The position numbers and the translations under genes were made by a program. The notes beneath the pieces were generated by a model. It made no database searches. It saw nothing but the letters and a program-made list of their open reading frames with translations, and was not told the origin of the DNA. From the NCBI GenBank assembly GCA_002269645.1, contig NIVC01001242.1, forward strand, positions 1 to 64,000: a DNA stretch of 64,000 nt. Reading direction: 5' to 3'. Numbering within the stretch: position 1 is the first letter of the stretch; each line of letters starts with the position of its first letter. Positions 30,840 to 43,880 of the stretch are shown here, in pieces. This DNA is from Macrostomum lignano. Its lineage: Eukaryota.

Positions 30840-33285
30840 GCTGTTTTGCTTATTTAAAGCAAAACAACAAATAATGTATTTGCTTATGCAACCCAAGTTT
30901 TATGGTTTAATTTCTTTCCAGAATCTTTCTTTCAACGGTAACTTCTTGTGGTCCTGGACATGATGTCTTGGAGTTTCTGTTCCGAACAGGTTATGTGTTG
31001 CTGTGCGTTTTGTCGACATCACTTTGAAGTTTTTCATAAATAAACATCATATGTTTCTTATGATACACATGCACCTCATTGCAAACATATTGCAAATATG
31101 ATATGATTTTGTTAACCATTTCAATCCACAGTAGGTCAAGGTTTGCTTCTAAAAATAGGGAGAGGTCACAAATGAAGGTGCATTTATTTATTTTTTTAAA
31201 TTCAATCACATCGAAATCTGGCCTCAATGGAATTTTGCATGATCTGCAAGTGCAGCTGTCTGGGGCAGGATCTACGCTCAGGTGAGTAAAGTCTAAGTCT
31301 CTCACCAGGCGTTTACACAGCGTGATGAGAAAGATACATTGGGCAGATGTGTGTAAATATCGCTGTTTTGCTCGTCTTTCTGTCTGCAAAATACTTAGGT
31401 TTTATTTACCATTTCTCTGGCAGTCGGTGCTATAAAGCAAAATTTCTTTAACAAGACAGACTCATACCCTAACACAGCCATTGTCTTCCAGTTAGTGTGT
31501 ACGAACATTTGCCTGCTCATTTGATAGAAATCTTACATCGGCGCGGTTCTCACACTCTAACCACAAACTTGTTTTTGTCGTCTTTCTCTGTGATACGCGC
31601 ACTGACGATGAACTTTTTGTGAACTGACTGACAGTTTTTTGCTATTTTTTTAAATTTGTTATTTTTGTTATTGTTTTCATTTTTGCCTCCGTGCCCCCAG
31701 GTACTACTCAATACTCAGTAGTCCTTTTGTGCCCCTTATTCTGTCTTTTTTACTTTTGAATTTCTTGTTCTATAATAACTGGATCATAAATAATTTTAAA
31801 AGCAGCCTATTAGGGCGTCAAAATTTGAGTCAGTCAGGTGATGCGTTTAGTTTCTAAACATTTATGGCAGGTCAATGTGATCTTTTTTTAGATAGCTATT
31901 GTTCTTTTCAACAAAATTAATATCTGTTCCTGCATGTCCCTATACGATCAAGTCTCAACAATGTCCCTTGCAACAAGTGAACATGGAGTTTCTTTACTTC
32001 AAAATTGACAGATAAATAACACTACTATCAGAAAAGCCGCTTCGACAAGGTTGTATAACTGAGTTAGCTCACGTGGCCCTTCAGTCGCTTCATCTTGAAC
32101 TTAGAAGTTCTGTTTTTCGAATTCCCTATGCTGATATCTTGCTGAAATTTCTTAGCAACAGGATCCAGCTGCACGCCCGCAATGCTGCTGCTTTGGGACC
32201 TACGTATCAGACGGAATTGGGTAGCTATGTTATAATTACACTCAAAATTTAATTCTGTTACCTCGGGATCCGAAATGAACTGAACTATTGAAAAGCCGGT
32301 CCCACCATGTTTATTTATTGATACTGAGCTGACCAGTAAGTTTAAAAAGTCAGATGTCCCATTTAACAGGTTGGACCTGAAACTAAGCAGAGGAGCGAGG
32401 GATACACGCAATAAAACAACGCAAAATGAGAGCTTATTTGATTTACACGGTCATTTACACGGTCAGGATTGCAACCAACCAAGAAACTTCTATCAAAAAC
32501 AGTAGTTGACCTCGTTCTCACATACAGTCAAACAAAAAATAAGCTACTTCCTCTCGAGAACAGTATACCTGACGACCTCTTACAGAAGTTGAAATGGAAA
32601 TTATCGATTTTTGAGGCTTTTAGTAGATGCTGTGTCGGATCTCATCAAAAATCAATCGCATCAATTATAAAAGCTTCAATGACGACAGCGTCATCGTAGA
32701 GATAAAATGAGCCAAAATCTTCTCTGGTTACTGAAACCAAATCAATATTTATTTTTGAACTTGTAGTAGATTTCATGGAGCAAATATGCAATTAGGACAT
32801 TGGTATTTTATCCGACATTTTACATTGTTTCCGAGTTTTTACATTTTATTGCATTTTATTACATATTACATTACTACATTTTACATTTTTACATTTTATA
32901 CGTGAAAACATCTGCATAAAAATTTGAAGTCTGTTTATTTTGTTCGCTCGTAGTTTAAAAATATGGGGTGCAATAGTGTACACAGGAATGTTTTTATTCT
33001 ATTAATAAGTTTGATGGCGCGAACTTCCAAAAATAGAAGCGAGTAAAGACAAGATGCTGCGATTATAATTATAGCGAAATTTGTCATAAACAAAATTTAA
33101 AATTGGCAGTGTTATTTCTGAAAAAGCACCGTTGAAAAGGATACATAAAAAATTTTACATGATGAAATTAAGGATTAAAGTCATGGTAACATTAAATTAC
33201 TTACATTACGTCGTTAAGAGTTATGTAAATTTTACATTTTTACAAGCATCAATTGCTCAATTTACTAAGCCATTTATTTACCAGT

Positions 33286-36200
33286 TCAGAAAAACACTTC
33301 TTGCGGAACGGGCGCCACACCGTCGTATCTCAGGTGTCCAACACGAACTCCTGTGGGCCCGTCCAGATCTAAGGTGGCCCAGTATGATTTACTAATCAGC
33401 TTCTCGGCTGCCAGTTTCTTGTGCCTCACGACAATAAAAATACCTGTTCATTACAAGAAATACAGGTGGCATGACGAAAAATTAAAAAAGCGAAAGCGAA
33501 CTTCGACTTACCAACAAACGCAGCGATGGCAGCAACTGCTGCGGCGCAACTACCAGCGATTAATGCCAGAGAAGCATTATTGCCTATCTCCTGCTTTGTT
33601 TGCTTTGCAGAATCTGCTTTGTTGCAGTTGGCACCGTGCCAGCCAGCTGAGCACTGGCATCTGCAAACATGGTGCGTGCGATTATACAGTTACTAAAATA
33701 TACACTGGAAGATGGATAAATTACCTACTACATGCATTAAAAAACTTACTTGTAACTATTAAGAAATGTATTCTTGCATGTTGCCCCATTCATGCATGGA
33801 GAGTCATACTCGCATACGCTCTCGTGGACAATGCCAGTGACAACACCAACAGATTCGGTGGCAATGATACCATTTGGCCAATCATCCACAGAGAAGTTTC
33901 TATTTAAATCTAGAATCAACGGCCACAGAGAGTTAACTCGAGGAGATGCAATTATTCCATGGAATGCAGTGATATTTGCAAGTCTCGACAGCAGCACACC
34001 AACAGATCTCCTTAATCTGCCCCGGTGGTTCAATGGTGGATCTGGAGCTGCCCGAAGACCGCTGAAGCCGCCAATGATGAGCTGGCCTGACAGCTGCGGC
34101 AGCGGACTCGCATGACTCAGCGATGCCGAACTGACTGAAGATGACACTGACAGCGACAGCGAGCGACCCGATATCGACACGGAGATCTTCACGGAGACGA
34201 AGCTGCCGGTGGCCACCGAGTCTGAGGACGTCAGCGCTGCGATGAGGGAGCCGTTTCCGTGCAGTAACTGGGCGGACAGATGGCCATCGTAATCAATCTG
34301 AAAATATTCAAGCAAAACCTAATGTAAAAACTATCTTGAAACCTACAAAGGAGTACCATTGTGCTCTTAAGGACACTAACCGTAGCGAGCAGTCTCGGAG
34401 TGGTCGCTGAGTCGCTCGGGTCGCCCAGCAGCAGCAGAAACGCTCCTCGAGACAAAGTCACCAGCCTCAGCTCAATCGTCCACGAGTCTCCGCCATACAC
34501 ACTTGACACACCTGCTGCAGATGCGAACATCGCTGATGACACGCTGCCGCCCACTCCCAGTGAGAACGATGGAAGCTCAACAGAGCAGTTTCGACCTCCG
34601 AAGTCCGCAGCGCAGTGGCACACAAAGTCGTTCCACACATCTGAGCACATCGAGCTCGTCTTTGCTTCACAAGGCGACAGACTTCCGCACTGCACCGACC
34701 GACTGCAGACTCCCCAGGTCGCGTTGCTCGACTCCGCCGTGGTCTCCGTGGCGACCAATGTCGGGTCGTTCGTCACGAGCCGCAGGTCTCTGACGCAGCC
34801 GCGGAAGCCGCCGTAGTCGTCGATGCCGGATCCGCTCTCGCCGCCGACACGAACTGACATTCGACTGTTCGACTTGAATGAGTCCGACAGTACGTCGACC
34901 AGCTGTGCTCCAGGCATCTGACTCACTCCTGACTCACTGCGACTCAATTTCGCACTGCCATTGGTCAGCGAGACCGACAGCGTCAGCCAATCAGTAGAGG
35001 CCAAGCTGTCACTGACTGGCCAAGCGGCTCGACCAATCACAGACGATGAGGCATTGAAGAACAACAGCACGAGACTGGAGTCGTGAGCGCCGACTCGGAT
35101 GTCTCCCCAGTGAGACGAGAGCCGGACCAGATCGAAGTGGGCGAGACTCGTGCGGAACGACAGCTCGAAGGTGCAGTCAGCTGTTGTGGTAAAATTGGCG
35201 CTGAAACTGGACGTCCCGCTGAATGACGCCAGAGTGGTCTCGTTGCACTGCGGTCCAGACCAGCCAGGCTTGCAGATGCAGCGATAGTTGTGAGCAGGTA
35301 ACGGCAGCTCGCCAAGAAGCAGCGGCTCGCAAGTAGCATTGTTCTGGCACGGGCTGGAGTCGCAGCCAGTCAGTCTGACGCTGCAGTTTTTGCCCCCGAT
35401 CTCAGCGGGGCAGCTGGTGCAGGCATAATCCGCTACCAGGTCCTTGCAGACGGCTCCGTTCTGACACGGCTGTCCGAATCGCTCGCACTCGTTGATGTCG
35501 ACTGAGCAGGTCGGGCCCTCGTAGCCGGGCAGGCAGTGGCAGGTGAATGAGGCCAGGCCGTCCGTGCAGCTCGACGCGTGAGCGCACACGCTGCGGTTGG
35601 TGGCTGGATCCAGACAGTCGTTCGGGTTGATCTCGCATTTGTCTCCGTAGGTACCTGTTGCAGCAAAAAAACAATAGGAGTGTTTGCTTTAGGTTAAAAT
35701 CTATAAGTATATCGATAATTTGATTTGCCGGACCTCCTCACCATGTGGACAGAGGCAGATGAACCCGGCTGCCAGTGTGTAGCTGAAGCTGCCGTTGAAA
35801 GGCGAAGGCAGCAATGAGTTTTTATACAGATCCTGTTTGCTGCGCTCTAGACAGGCGCCCTTATACTCGCACGGATTCGGCGAGCAGTCCGGCACGTCAA
35901 CTGAGCAGGTCTTTCCCGAGTAGCCGCTGAAGCAGCTGCAGCTGAAGTCTCTGTGCCCGTCAGTGCAGGTGGCGTTGTGGCTGCACGGGCTGCTGGCGCA
36001 GTCGTCAATGCGGCTCTGGCAGTTCGGTCCGTAGAAGTCGGTGGCAGAGCAGTCGCAGGTGAAGCTCCTGACACCGTCGTTGCATCTGCCGCCGTGGTGG
36101 CACGGGCTCGACGCGCAGTCATCGATCTTGGAGCTGCAGGTGTCGCCTTCGAAATCGACACGAGAGCAGTCGCAGGTGAACCTGAAAGGGAGAATTAAGG

Positions 36201-39200
36201 TAAGATAGCACACTTTAAAAGGCACCGAAAAATAAATGGAAAGATCAACATAGATTAACTTTTTAACTTTTTCCGACGCGTTTCTTATATAGGTAAAACT
36301 TTAAGACACTTGTACAATAGAGTTAGAGAACATTGGTTAAAAAGGTCGGCCATCCAAGACGGGTTCATGAGAAATGCCCGCAGACGAATTGCCCGCCGAG
36401 ATTTTCCCGCAGTGCAATTTGCCCGCGAGTGAATTGCCTGCCGAGTTTTTTTCCGCCGAGTTTTGCCCGCAATGCTTTTTTTTCCTGCAGCGCATTTATA
36501 GCTGAGGCAGCGCTGGATTCTACCGCTGTACTTATGACTAAGTGACTAGCTGATTGACTATTGAAATATTGACTGTACATCCAGTGTACCCACCACCCCG
36601 ATTTCGTACCCCGTGCGCCCCGCCACCCCAATGCGTTAATAATTATATATTGAGCTTCGTTTGTGTTAGCATCGTTTATGATTAATATATCGAGACTGAG
36701 ACATCGTTTATTTACAATACCAAATCATCGTGTTACTCAGTTGAACTCTTAATTAAACGACGCGACAATAGCCACGCGGCAGATTTTGTCTGCATTGTCT
36801 TCACAATGCTTAGTAAGTCTTAATAAAGAGATTTACACGATCAAAACGTTTTGATAGTAACTGCAAATCAAATGCATATTTCGGGGGGGAGGCAATGCAC
36901 ACTAAATCTGCCGCTTGGCTATAAATGCGCTGCACGAAAAAAGCAGTGCGGGAAAATCTCGGCGGGCAAATCTCAGTGGGCAATTTGTCTGCGGGAATTT
37001 CTCGTGCTCCCATCCAAGACCACCTGCTCTGCTTCAGCAGCTGTTGTGATAGTGAGCAAACTCAGCAGTTCCGAATTATTGATCGCTGTAGGGCTGACTT
37101 CAGGCTCAATATACTCAAATCTATGTAAATTAAAAGCCAGAAACCAAGTATAAATGTTCAGCTTTCTCACAGCGGTGCGGGCCATTTGCTCAAGGTATTC
37201 TAAGTGAAGGTAGAAACCCGATCAACGTACTCGCAATCTTCATTCTCACTTATTTGAACATTCTGCCCCTGATATGCCATTGGACTGTACAGTAAGCACT
37301 TGTTCTCTACTTATTTATTATAAAAGTTGTCGAGTGCGTTAAATACATCACAAACCCCTGAAGATGGCTCATGTCGGACCGAAACGCGTTGGAAAAAAGT
37401 TAATCTACGTTGATATTTACTTTTATTTTCCTGAAAATAAAACGTTTATTTCATTCCGGTACATTTTTGGCTTTTGTTTTTTAATTAGGTTTTTGTTAAT
37501 GATATTGATTTTTTAACAAATACCTGCTTTCCAGTGTCATACTGAAATGTGTAACTTAAAGCGAAAAGTTTTAGTTCTGATAGCTAATCCCGTTAGAAAG
37601 TCTGGCAATAATTGGGTCGAATCAATTTACGATCGTGCTATCTTCTGAATAGGTTGATCTCAAATCACCCGACTCACTGATCTTAAGTATTTGAGAAACT
37701 GTTTGACTATAATTGTAGGTTAATGGTACTCTAAACATTCAGCAGTTTCTTGGGAAAGTTAGATTGAACATTTTTCGATATACATATAGATTTGCGTTGA
37801 TCTTTTATTATTCTAACGTCAATGTGTTAGTAGGTGGGTGTTGGTCAAAAAAAATAAATCGGAAAAAAGATTATCGAAGAGCGGTTACTAAAAAACTCTG
37901 CTGATTCCTGAGTAATTATTATCTGAAATCTAACTTCATGTTTCAAACGAACCGATTTTTTTATAAACCTATAGTAAATACAAAACAGCAACTAAAAACC
38001 CAACCACAACCTACCTTTAAGCACCCTACCAATATCCAAACCCAACCACTCAACCGGAGACACCCAACAACAACTCAGCACCAAGCACCCAATACCAAGA
38101 ACCCAATTAGTCCGAGAAACGGAAAAACAAGAGCTTTCTGGAACTCTGCAGATAACTACAGCACGATTCAGAACTGCAAGATTATCCCAAGGAAATAAAA
38201 ACTCAATCAGCTTTGAGCCACTCACGTGGAGTTTCCGTCACTGCAGACGCCGCCGTTCTGACAGGGCCCTGACAGGCAGTAGTCAGTGTCCACTGAGCAG
38301 TTCCTGCCCTCCCAGCCTGTGAAGCAGCTGCAGCTGTAGTTTTTCACCAGGTCCGTGCACAGGCCGTTGGCGCAGGGCTTGCTGGCGCAGTCATCAATGT
38401 TGTTTTGGCACCTGTCACCTGTGAATCCCGTGTCTGTGCAGTCGCAGGTGAATCTGAAATTGAAGCAGAAAATTCGGCACTCTAGTCCGGCTGCTCAGTG
38501 TGCAGTTATCGGTGTTAAATTTTTCTAACCATGCAAACGACGGTTATAAAACTCAGAGTAAGGTTTTATGGTTTCGGAGTCGTAATTAAACTGCATATAT
38601 TAGTTTAAGTAGCCACTACAGAAGCAAAATTTAGAATCGAAACAGGAAAGTACCTATCTCGATACTTCACTAACAAAAATTGAAAAACTTAACCACAGGG
38701 ACATCAGGGTGGTAACCATGGCCCTCTCATACCCATACTGTTTTGCCAGACATCGCTACCTCCAGGTAAAAATCGCCAGTGAGGAAAGCCCTCTATGCCT
38801 CTTCGGTGTTGAGAATGCGGAGCACTTCATCTGTGAATGCCCGCCTTACTAAAGACAGGCTCACCTACCTCGGCCCCAACCAGGATCTTTCTGACATTTT
38901 CTGGCCTGAGAATCTCTGCCAGTTTACCCAATACCTTAAAACGGCTCATCCTACGGACACCGGCACTACAGGATCTCCCTGCGCGACACCGCAGCACCAG
39001 CTGCCCGTGGTCTCCAGAGGTTAGCGGAATGGGCGTCGACGCCTCTCCGCTGCATCCGCGGATGCCCAGAGCCCCCTGCAGCTGAGTCAAGTCAAGAAAG
39101 AGAACTCACGTGCCGTTGCCATCAATGCACCTGCCGCTATTGAGGCAGGCGCCCGTCGGACAGTCGTTGTGGTTGATGTTGCAGTTCCTGCCCTCCCAGC

Positions 39201-39719
39201 CTGTGAAGCAGCTGCAGCTGTAGTTTTTCACCAGGTCCGTGCACAGGCCGTTGATGCAGGGCTTGCTGGCGCAGGCATTATCTATATTAAACTCACAGCG
39301 AGTGCCTAAATTAAATTATAATTAAAATGCATTGATTTGGGCATATATATATTTGGACTTAAATTTCCCGATAAGTCTTGACATCTCAGATTTCAGCATT
39401 TGTCATTCAGCATTGACATGTCAGCAATTTTCTAACTTGACATCTCAGTAATTTTCTCAAGGAGCCACAAAATTGCCGCAATACCCCCATGAGCTTTTAT
39501 ATCTCAACGATTCCTCGCAGGTGCGGGGATCTCAAATATTTCTACTGTCAATCACCTTTGAACAAAAGACTCACCTTTGTATTCAGGGCTGCAAACACAT
39601 ACGGGGTCACCCTGCTGTTTTTCACATGTGCCACCATTTTTGCATTTCAAATTGCATTTTCCTCCTCCGGAAATGACTAGCGGATGCAGGGCGATCGCCA
39701 GCAAAAGCGTTGCAAAGCA
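33286..39719 (-). CDS. Crumbs-derived EGF/LamG single-pass receptor C (13 EGF, 2 LamG, TM, EVFF tail); ATG exon not located
   Basis: Exons 39575-39719 (hydrophobic CFATLLLAIALHPLVISG plus one EGF), 39110-39305, 38226-38453, 35742-36181, 34381-35654, 33750-34297, 33512-33660 (TM), 33286-33443. The 3138 nt are in frame; tail [46 protein letters not shown]. Confidence 0.83.
36243..37420 (+). mobile_element. 5'-truncated Penelope-like retroelement (GIY-YIG endonuclease C-terminus plus pLTR), interrupted by a MITE
   Basis: Removing 36361-37020 gives one frame: YIGKTLRHLYNRVREHWLKRSAIQDHLLCFSSCC...FRIIDRCRADFRLNILKSM*IKSQKPSINVQLSHSG. 3' motif CCTGAAGATGG...CCGAAACGCGTTGG at 37357-37392, with an inverted partial copy at 36243-36284. 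Confidence 0.8.
36361..37011. mobile_element. Mutator-like MITE (651 bp)
   Basis: 9-bp TSD ATCCAAGAC at 36352-36360 and 37012-37020; imperfect TIRs GGGTTCATGAGAAATGCCCGCAGAC / GGGAGCACGAGAAATTCCCGCAGAC with internal GCCCGCCGAG repeats. Confidence 0.8.
38700..39095 (+). mobile_element. Same LINE family fragment in the equivalent intron of C
   Basis: [18 protein letters not shown]...DRLTYLGP; same intron position as in B. Confidence 0.65.
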
Positions 39720-40082
39720 CTGTAGGTGAGTTGTAGAAGTCAGAAGAAACGGTTTACTCGAATCTAGCTACTCATGGAACCTACAACTAGCCAGCTGAAA
39801 TCACCTACGTATAGTGAGTTTTAAACATGGACAATACATTTAAATTATTATATGTTTTACAGCACGTTGTTCTTTACATTTTTAAGAATTCTGTAAGCCC
39901 GTGTAAATAAATAGATGAATATATAAATAGATTGGTGGAACTTAGTGGCCAGTAACTAAGTATTCTGACGGTATTAAGTGGTTATAAGTTACTAGAAGAT
40001 GCATTAGCTAAGTGAGGAGGAATCAGTGGTGCACGAAGAATTATTGATGGAAGGGAGGAGCCTGAAAGATGCGTTTGTGATC

Positions 40083-40920
40083 GCCTCTGTCTCTTGGTGG
40101 GCGCCCCTGTCTCTTGATAGGCGCTCCTGTCTCTTGATGGGCGCTCCTATCTCTTGATGGGCGCCCCTGTCTCTTGGTGGGCGCCCCTGTCTCTTGGTGG
40201 GCGCCCCTGTCTCTTGATAGGCGCTCCTGTCTCTTGATGGGCGCTCCTATCTCTTGATGGGCGCTCCTATCTCTTGATGGGCGCCCCTGTCTCTTGGTGG
40301 GCGCCCCTGTCTCTTGGTGGGCGCCCCTGTCTCTTGGTGGGCGCCCCTGTCTCTTGATAGGCGCTCCTGTCTCTTGATGGGCGCTCCTATCTCTTGATGG
40401 GCGCCCCTATCTCTTGATGGGCGCCCCTGTCTCTTGGTGGGCGCCCCTGTCTCTTGGTGGGCGCCCCTGTCTCTTGATAGGCGCTCCTGTCTCTTGATGG
40501 GCGCTCCTATCTCTTGATGGGCGCCCCTGTCTCTTGGTGGGCGCCCCTGTCTCTTGATAGGCGCTCCTGTCTCTTGATGGGCGCTCCTATCTCTTGATGG
40601 GCGCTCCTATCTCTTGATGGGCGCCCCTGTCTCTTGGTGGGCGCCCCTGTCTCTTGGTGGGCGCCCCTGTCTCTTGGTGGGCGCCCCTGTCTCTTGATAG
40701 GCGCTCCTGTCTCTTGATGGGCGCTCCTATCTCTTGATGGGCGCCCCTGTCTCTTGGTGGGCGCCCCTGTCTCTTGGTGGGCGCCCCTGTCTCTTGATAG
40801 GCGCTCCTGTCTCTTGATGGGCGCTCCTATCTCTTGATGGGCGCCCCTGTCTCTTGGTGGGCGCCCCTGTCTCTTGGTGGGCGCCCCTGTCTCTTGGTGG
40901 GTGCCCCTGTCTCTTGGTGG
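40083..40920. repeat. 20-bp minisatellite (CTCTTGGTGGGCGCCCCTGT)n with recurring variant order
   Basis: Direct reading; lies upstream of gene C. Confidence 0.95.
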
Positions 40921-42757
40921 CTGGTGCCCTTTAGCCTTGTCTGCTAGTCTATCAAAAAAGCAAATATATTTCGATTTAAGTAAATACCTTATTCATGTCC
41001 TTCGCGCTTTAAAGTAAATCTTGAATTTATAAAAAAATGTTTTAGCAATCTACAAAGCTTCTATCAGAGGTTCAGCAGGTTTGCATTTTTTGCCAAATTT
41101 ATAGTGCTACTAGGTAAAAACCTACGCTAGTAAGTTGATGCGTCTGAGTAACTCTTTCCGGCTTCTTAAAATGAATTTGTTGTTTTTGCTCTTCAAACAC
41201 AGCCTTACAGCCCTAAAGCCACCCCACTGAGCAATGCGTATTAAAGTATCCAATTTTAATATAGAATCCTGGATTTTCATTTGTTGCTAAAAATAACTTG
41301 TTTCTAGAGATATTTGTTTTCTTGTTTCCGAACTGCTTCTAAAGCAGAGAAGACACTTGTTTTTCGTATATAGGGCTGCATATATTGGCGTAAAGACCAA
41401 AAAATGTCTTTGCTCAATATATATAACATACAGGCAACAATAAAAGATGAACTAGCACTGAGTACACTACTAAAAAACACGTAAATGCGCCTACTCATTT
41501 TTGTCAAATAGCGCTCAAGCTGCTTTACGTCTAGCGAAAGCAAAAAATCAAGTTGAAAAAACACTGCTGCGTTAAGGATTTTGAGAATCTTATCGAATCC
41601 TCAATGAAAAAAATGCTGCATTGAAATTCATAAAAGTTCAAAACAGTCAAAGGTAGCAGCATCAAACTTATCCAAACTGTGAATTCAAGATTCTTTGTAA
41701 ATTTCTTCAAATATAGAAGTTGGAACAGCATGTTTAAACACTTAGATTTGGAATGCCTGGACAACCACATCGTCATATCAAATTAGCAGTGCAAGTTTGT
41801 GTCAATATTTGTGACAGCGCGTTTGCGCTGCGTTTGCACTATTAGAGAGCAGCATTGTGGTTGCCTCACTGGCTACTACTGACTTCTATCGCTTAAAGGG
41901 GTGTCAACCAAGCGCCAGAATGAAGCTTAAACTGAAGCTACGGACCAAACTGAGTAGAAACACTGAGGCATCGCCTCAGTCCCTCCCCTAGGCTACGAAG
42001 GGACAAAGAGTCCGAGCGGGCAGTTATCCATTGCATTTAATTTCTGCTTTACTTTTGGCTGCATAGTAATCTTCATAATAAATCTTTCATGATAATAATT
42101 TCTGGGTTAAAGAGACCTTGACGACATCATTCGACAGCCACCGCTGACAGCCAGAACACAGCTCGCACTCATACACACACACACACACACACAGGGTGTC
42201 TTTCTAATCCTCAAGCATGTACACTGTCTGTGCCTTGGCGGCTGGCCCTCATTGGTTGTTAATCGCACGGTAACCCATCAGCCAGTCTTTTGCTCACAAG
42301 CATCAAATTAATGACGCTCACGCGATAGAACTGCGGTAGCTAAGGCGTCAGAGTCAGGCGCACGTTTATACCGCTGAGTTGCTTTTGCCCCATGTACACG
42401 TATCTTTACTACACATGCACTTTACTCCAACGCAATTAATCAACTATTGTAGATACCCTAAACATCAGCATTAAAAATAGTTCAGAAACAAGTAGAGTTC
42501 AAAACTTTGAGACATCGATTCTGGAGCACTTCCATAGCTTCGCAAGGAATCAAGCCTTACGATCTGACTCAATTCCGGTGTTTAAGTTGTTCTCCATTTT
42601 AAGGATCATTCACGCCCAGGAGCGTCGCCACCGAGTGGGGGTGGGGGGGGGGGTTGGCGGACAGGGGGACAGGGGGACAGGGGGCCAATGCTTTGTCCCC
42701 CGCAACCTCATGACCCGTTATGAAAATCAATAATTTTGCTTCAGTGTGTCCAAATAT

Positions 42758-43055
42758 AGTGCCTGCGTCGCTAAAATGAGTGCCAGCGGCGCTAAAATGA
42801 GTGCCAGCGGCGCTAAAATAAGTGCCAGCGGCGCTAAAATGAGTGCCTGCGGCGCTAAAATGAGTGCCTGCGGCGCTAAAATGAGTGCCTGCGGCGCTAA
42901 AATGAGTGCCTGCGGCGCTAAAATGAGTGCCTGCGGCGCTAAAATGAGTGCTTGCGGCGCTAAAATGAGTGCCTGCGGCGCTAAAATGAGTGCCTGTGGC
43001 GCTAAAATGAGTGCCTGCGGTGCTAAAATGAGTGCCTGCGGTGCTAAAATGAGCG
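42758..43055. repeat. 21-bp minisatellite (GGCGCTAAAATGAGTGCCTGC)n
   Basis: Direct reading. Confidence 0.9.
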
Positions 43056-43880
43056 CTGACAACACCGATTCTGGAAATAACGTGCATGTACAGGTAGAAT
43101 TCTTGACTTTTCCCCCACTAAAAAACCATGGCAAAACCATTTGTAATCACGTCACCATAAAGGAAGGCAAATTTTGAATGACATGGCCTGTGTACACCGT
43201 TGGAGTTGTTTGATGCTATTCGATGGCACAAACAAGCCTTTAAGCCGTCAATTGTGTGAGGTCATAGGGCACCGGGCACTGGTTTTGGTGTCATGTACAT
43301 TGCTTATAATTTCTCTATATAAAGAAAACCTTGGCCGCCGCACACCAACGCAGTAGAGGCATATTTAATTCATATAAAAATACCTTTCCGTCTGCATTGA
43401 TTTTACGGTAAAAGCTGTCAAAATATTTCTGTTACCTTGTTCAAATTCGAGCGTAAAATAATAACAATAAAGAAGCCGAATTTCAAAAAAAAAGAAAGTT
43501 AGGCTGGCCAGAGCCTGAGATCCAGCGTGAAAAATCCTAAAGTAAATTTATAATAGAACACTCAAGGGGATGAAGCAATGAGATTTTGTGAATCTTAAAA
43601 TAGTCTATCGCGCTTTAAGAAGGTTCTGGATATTCTGCACCCAAGAAACGTACATAAACATTTTTTAAATAAATGACGGAGCTAAGTACTCGTAGAGACG
43701 TAGATCTTTTCAAATGAGAATAAGCTAAGATGTGGGGCCCAAGTATTGTATTTGCTAAATGAAAATTTGAATTTTGGTAAAATGGTAAAGGTATAAAAAT
43801 ATCTACAATCAATGGGATGTCAACAACAATAGCAGCTAGATTTTTCTCAACCCATGTATTGACAGGAACCAATCGACTAC

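Noticed and set aside
30990-32700. ORFs 30991-31389, 32064-32411 and 32469-32699 between 7SL and gene C
   Set aside because: No recognisable domain, splice pattern or paralog; I cannot support them as genes without a database search.
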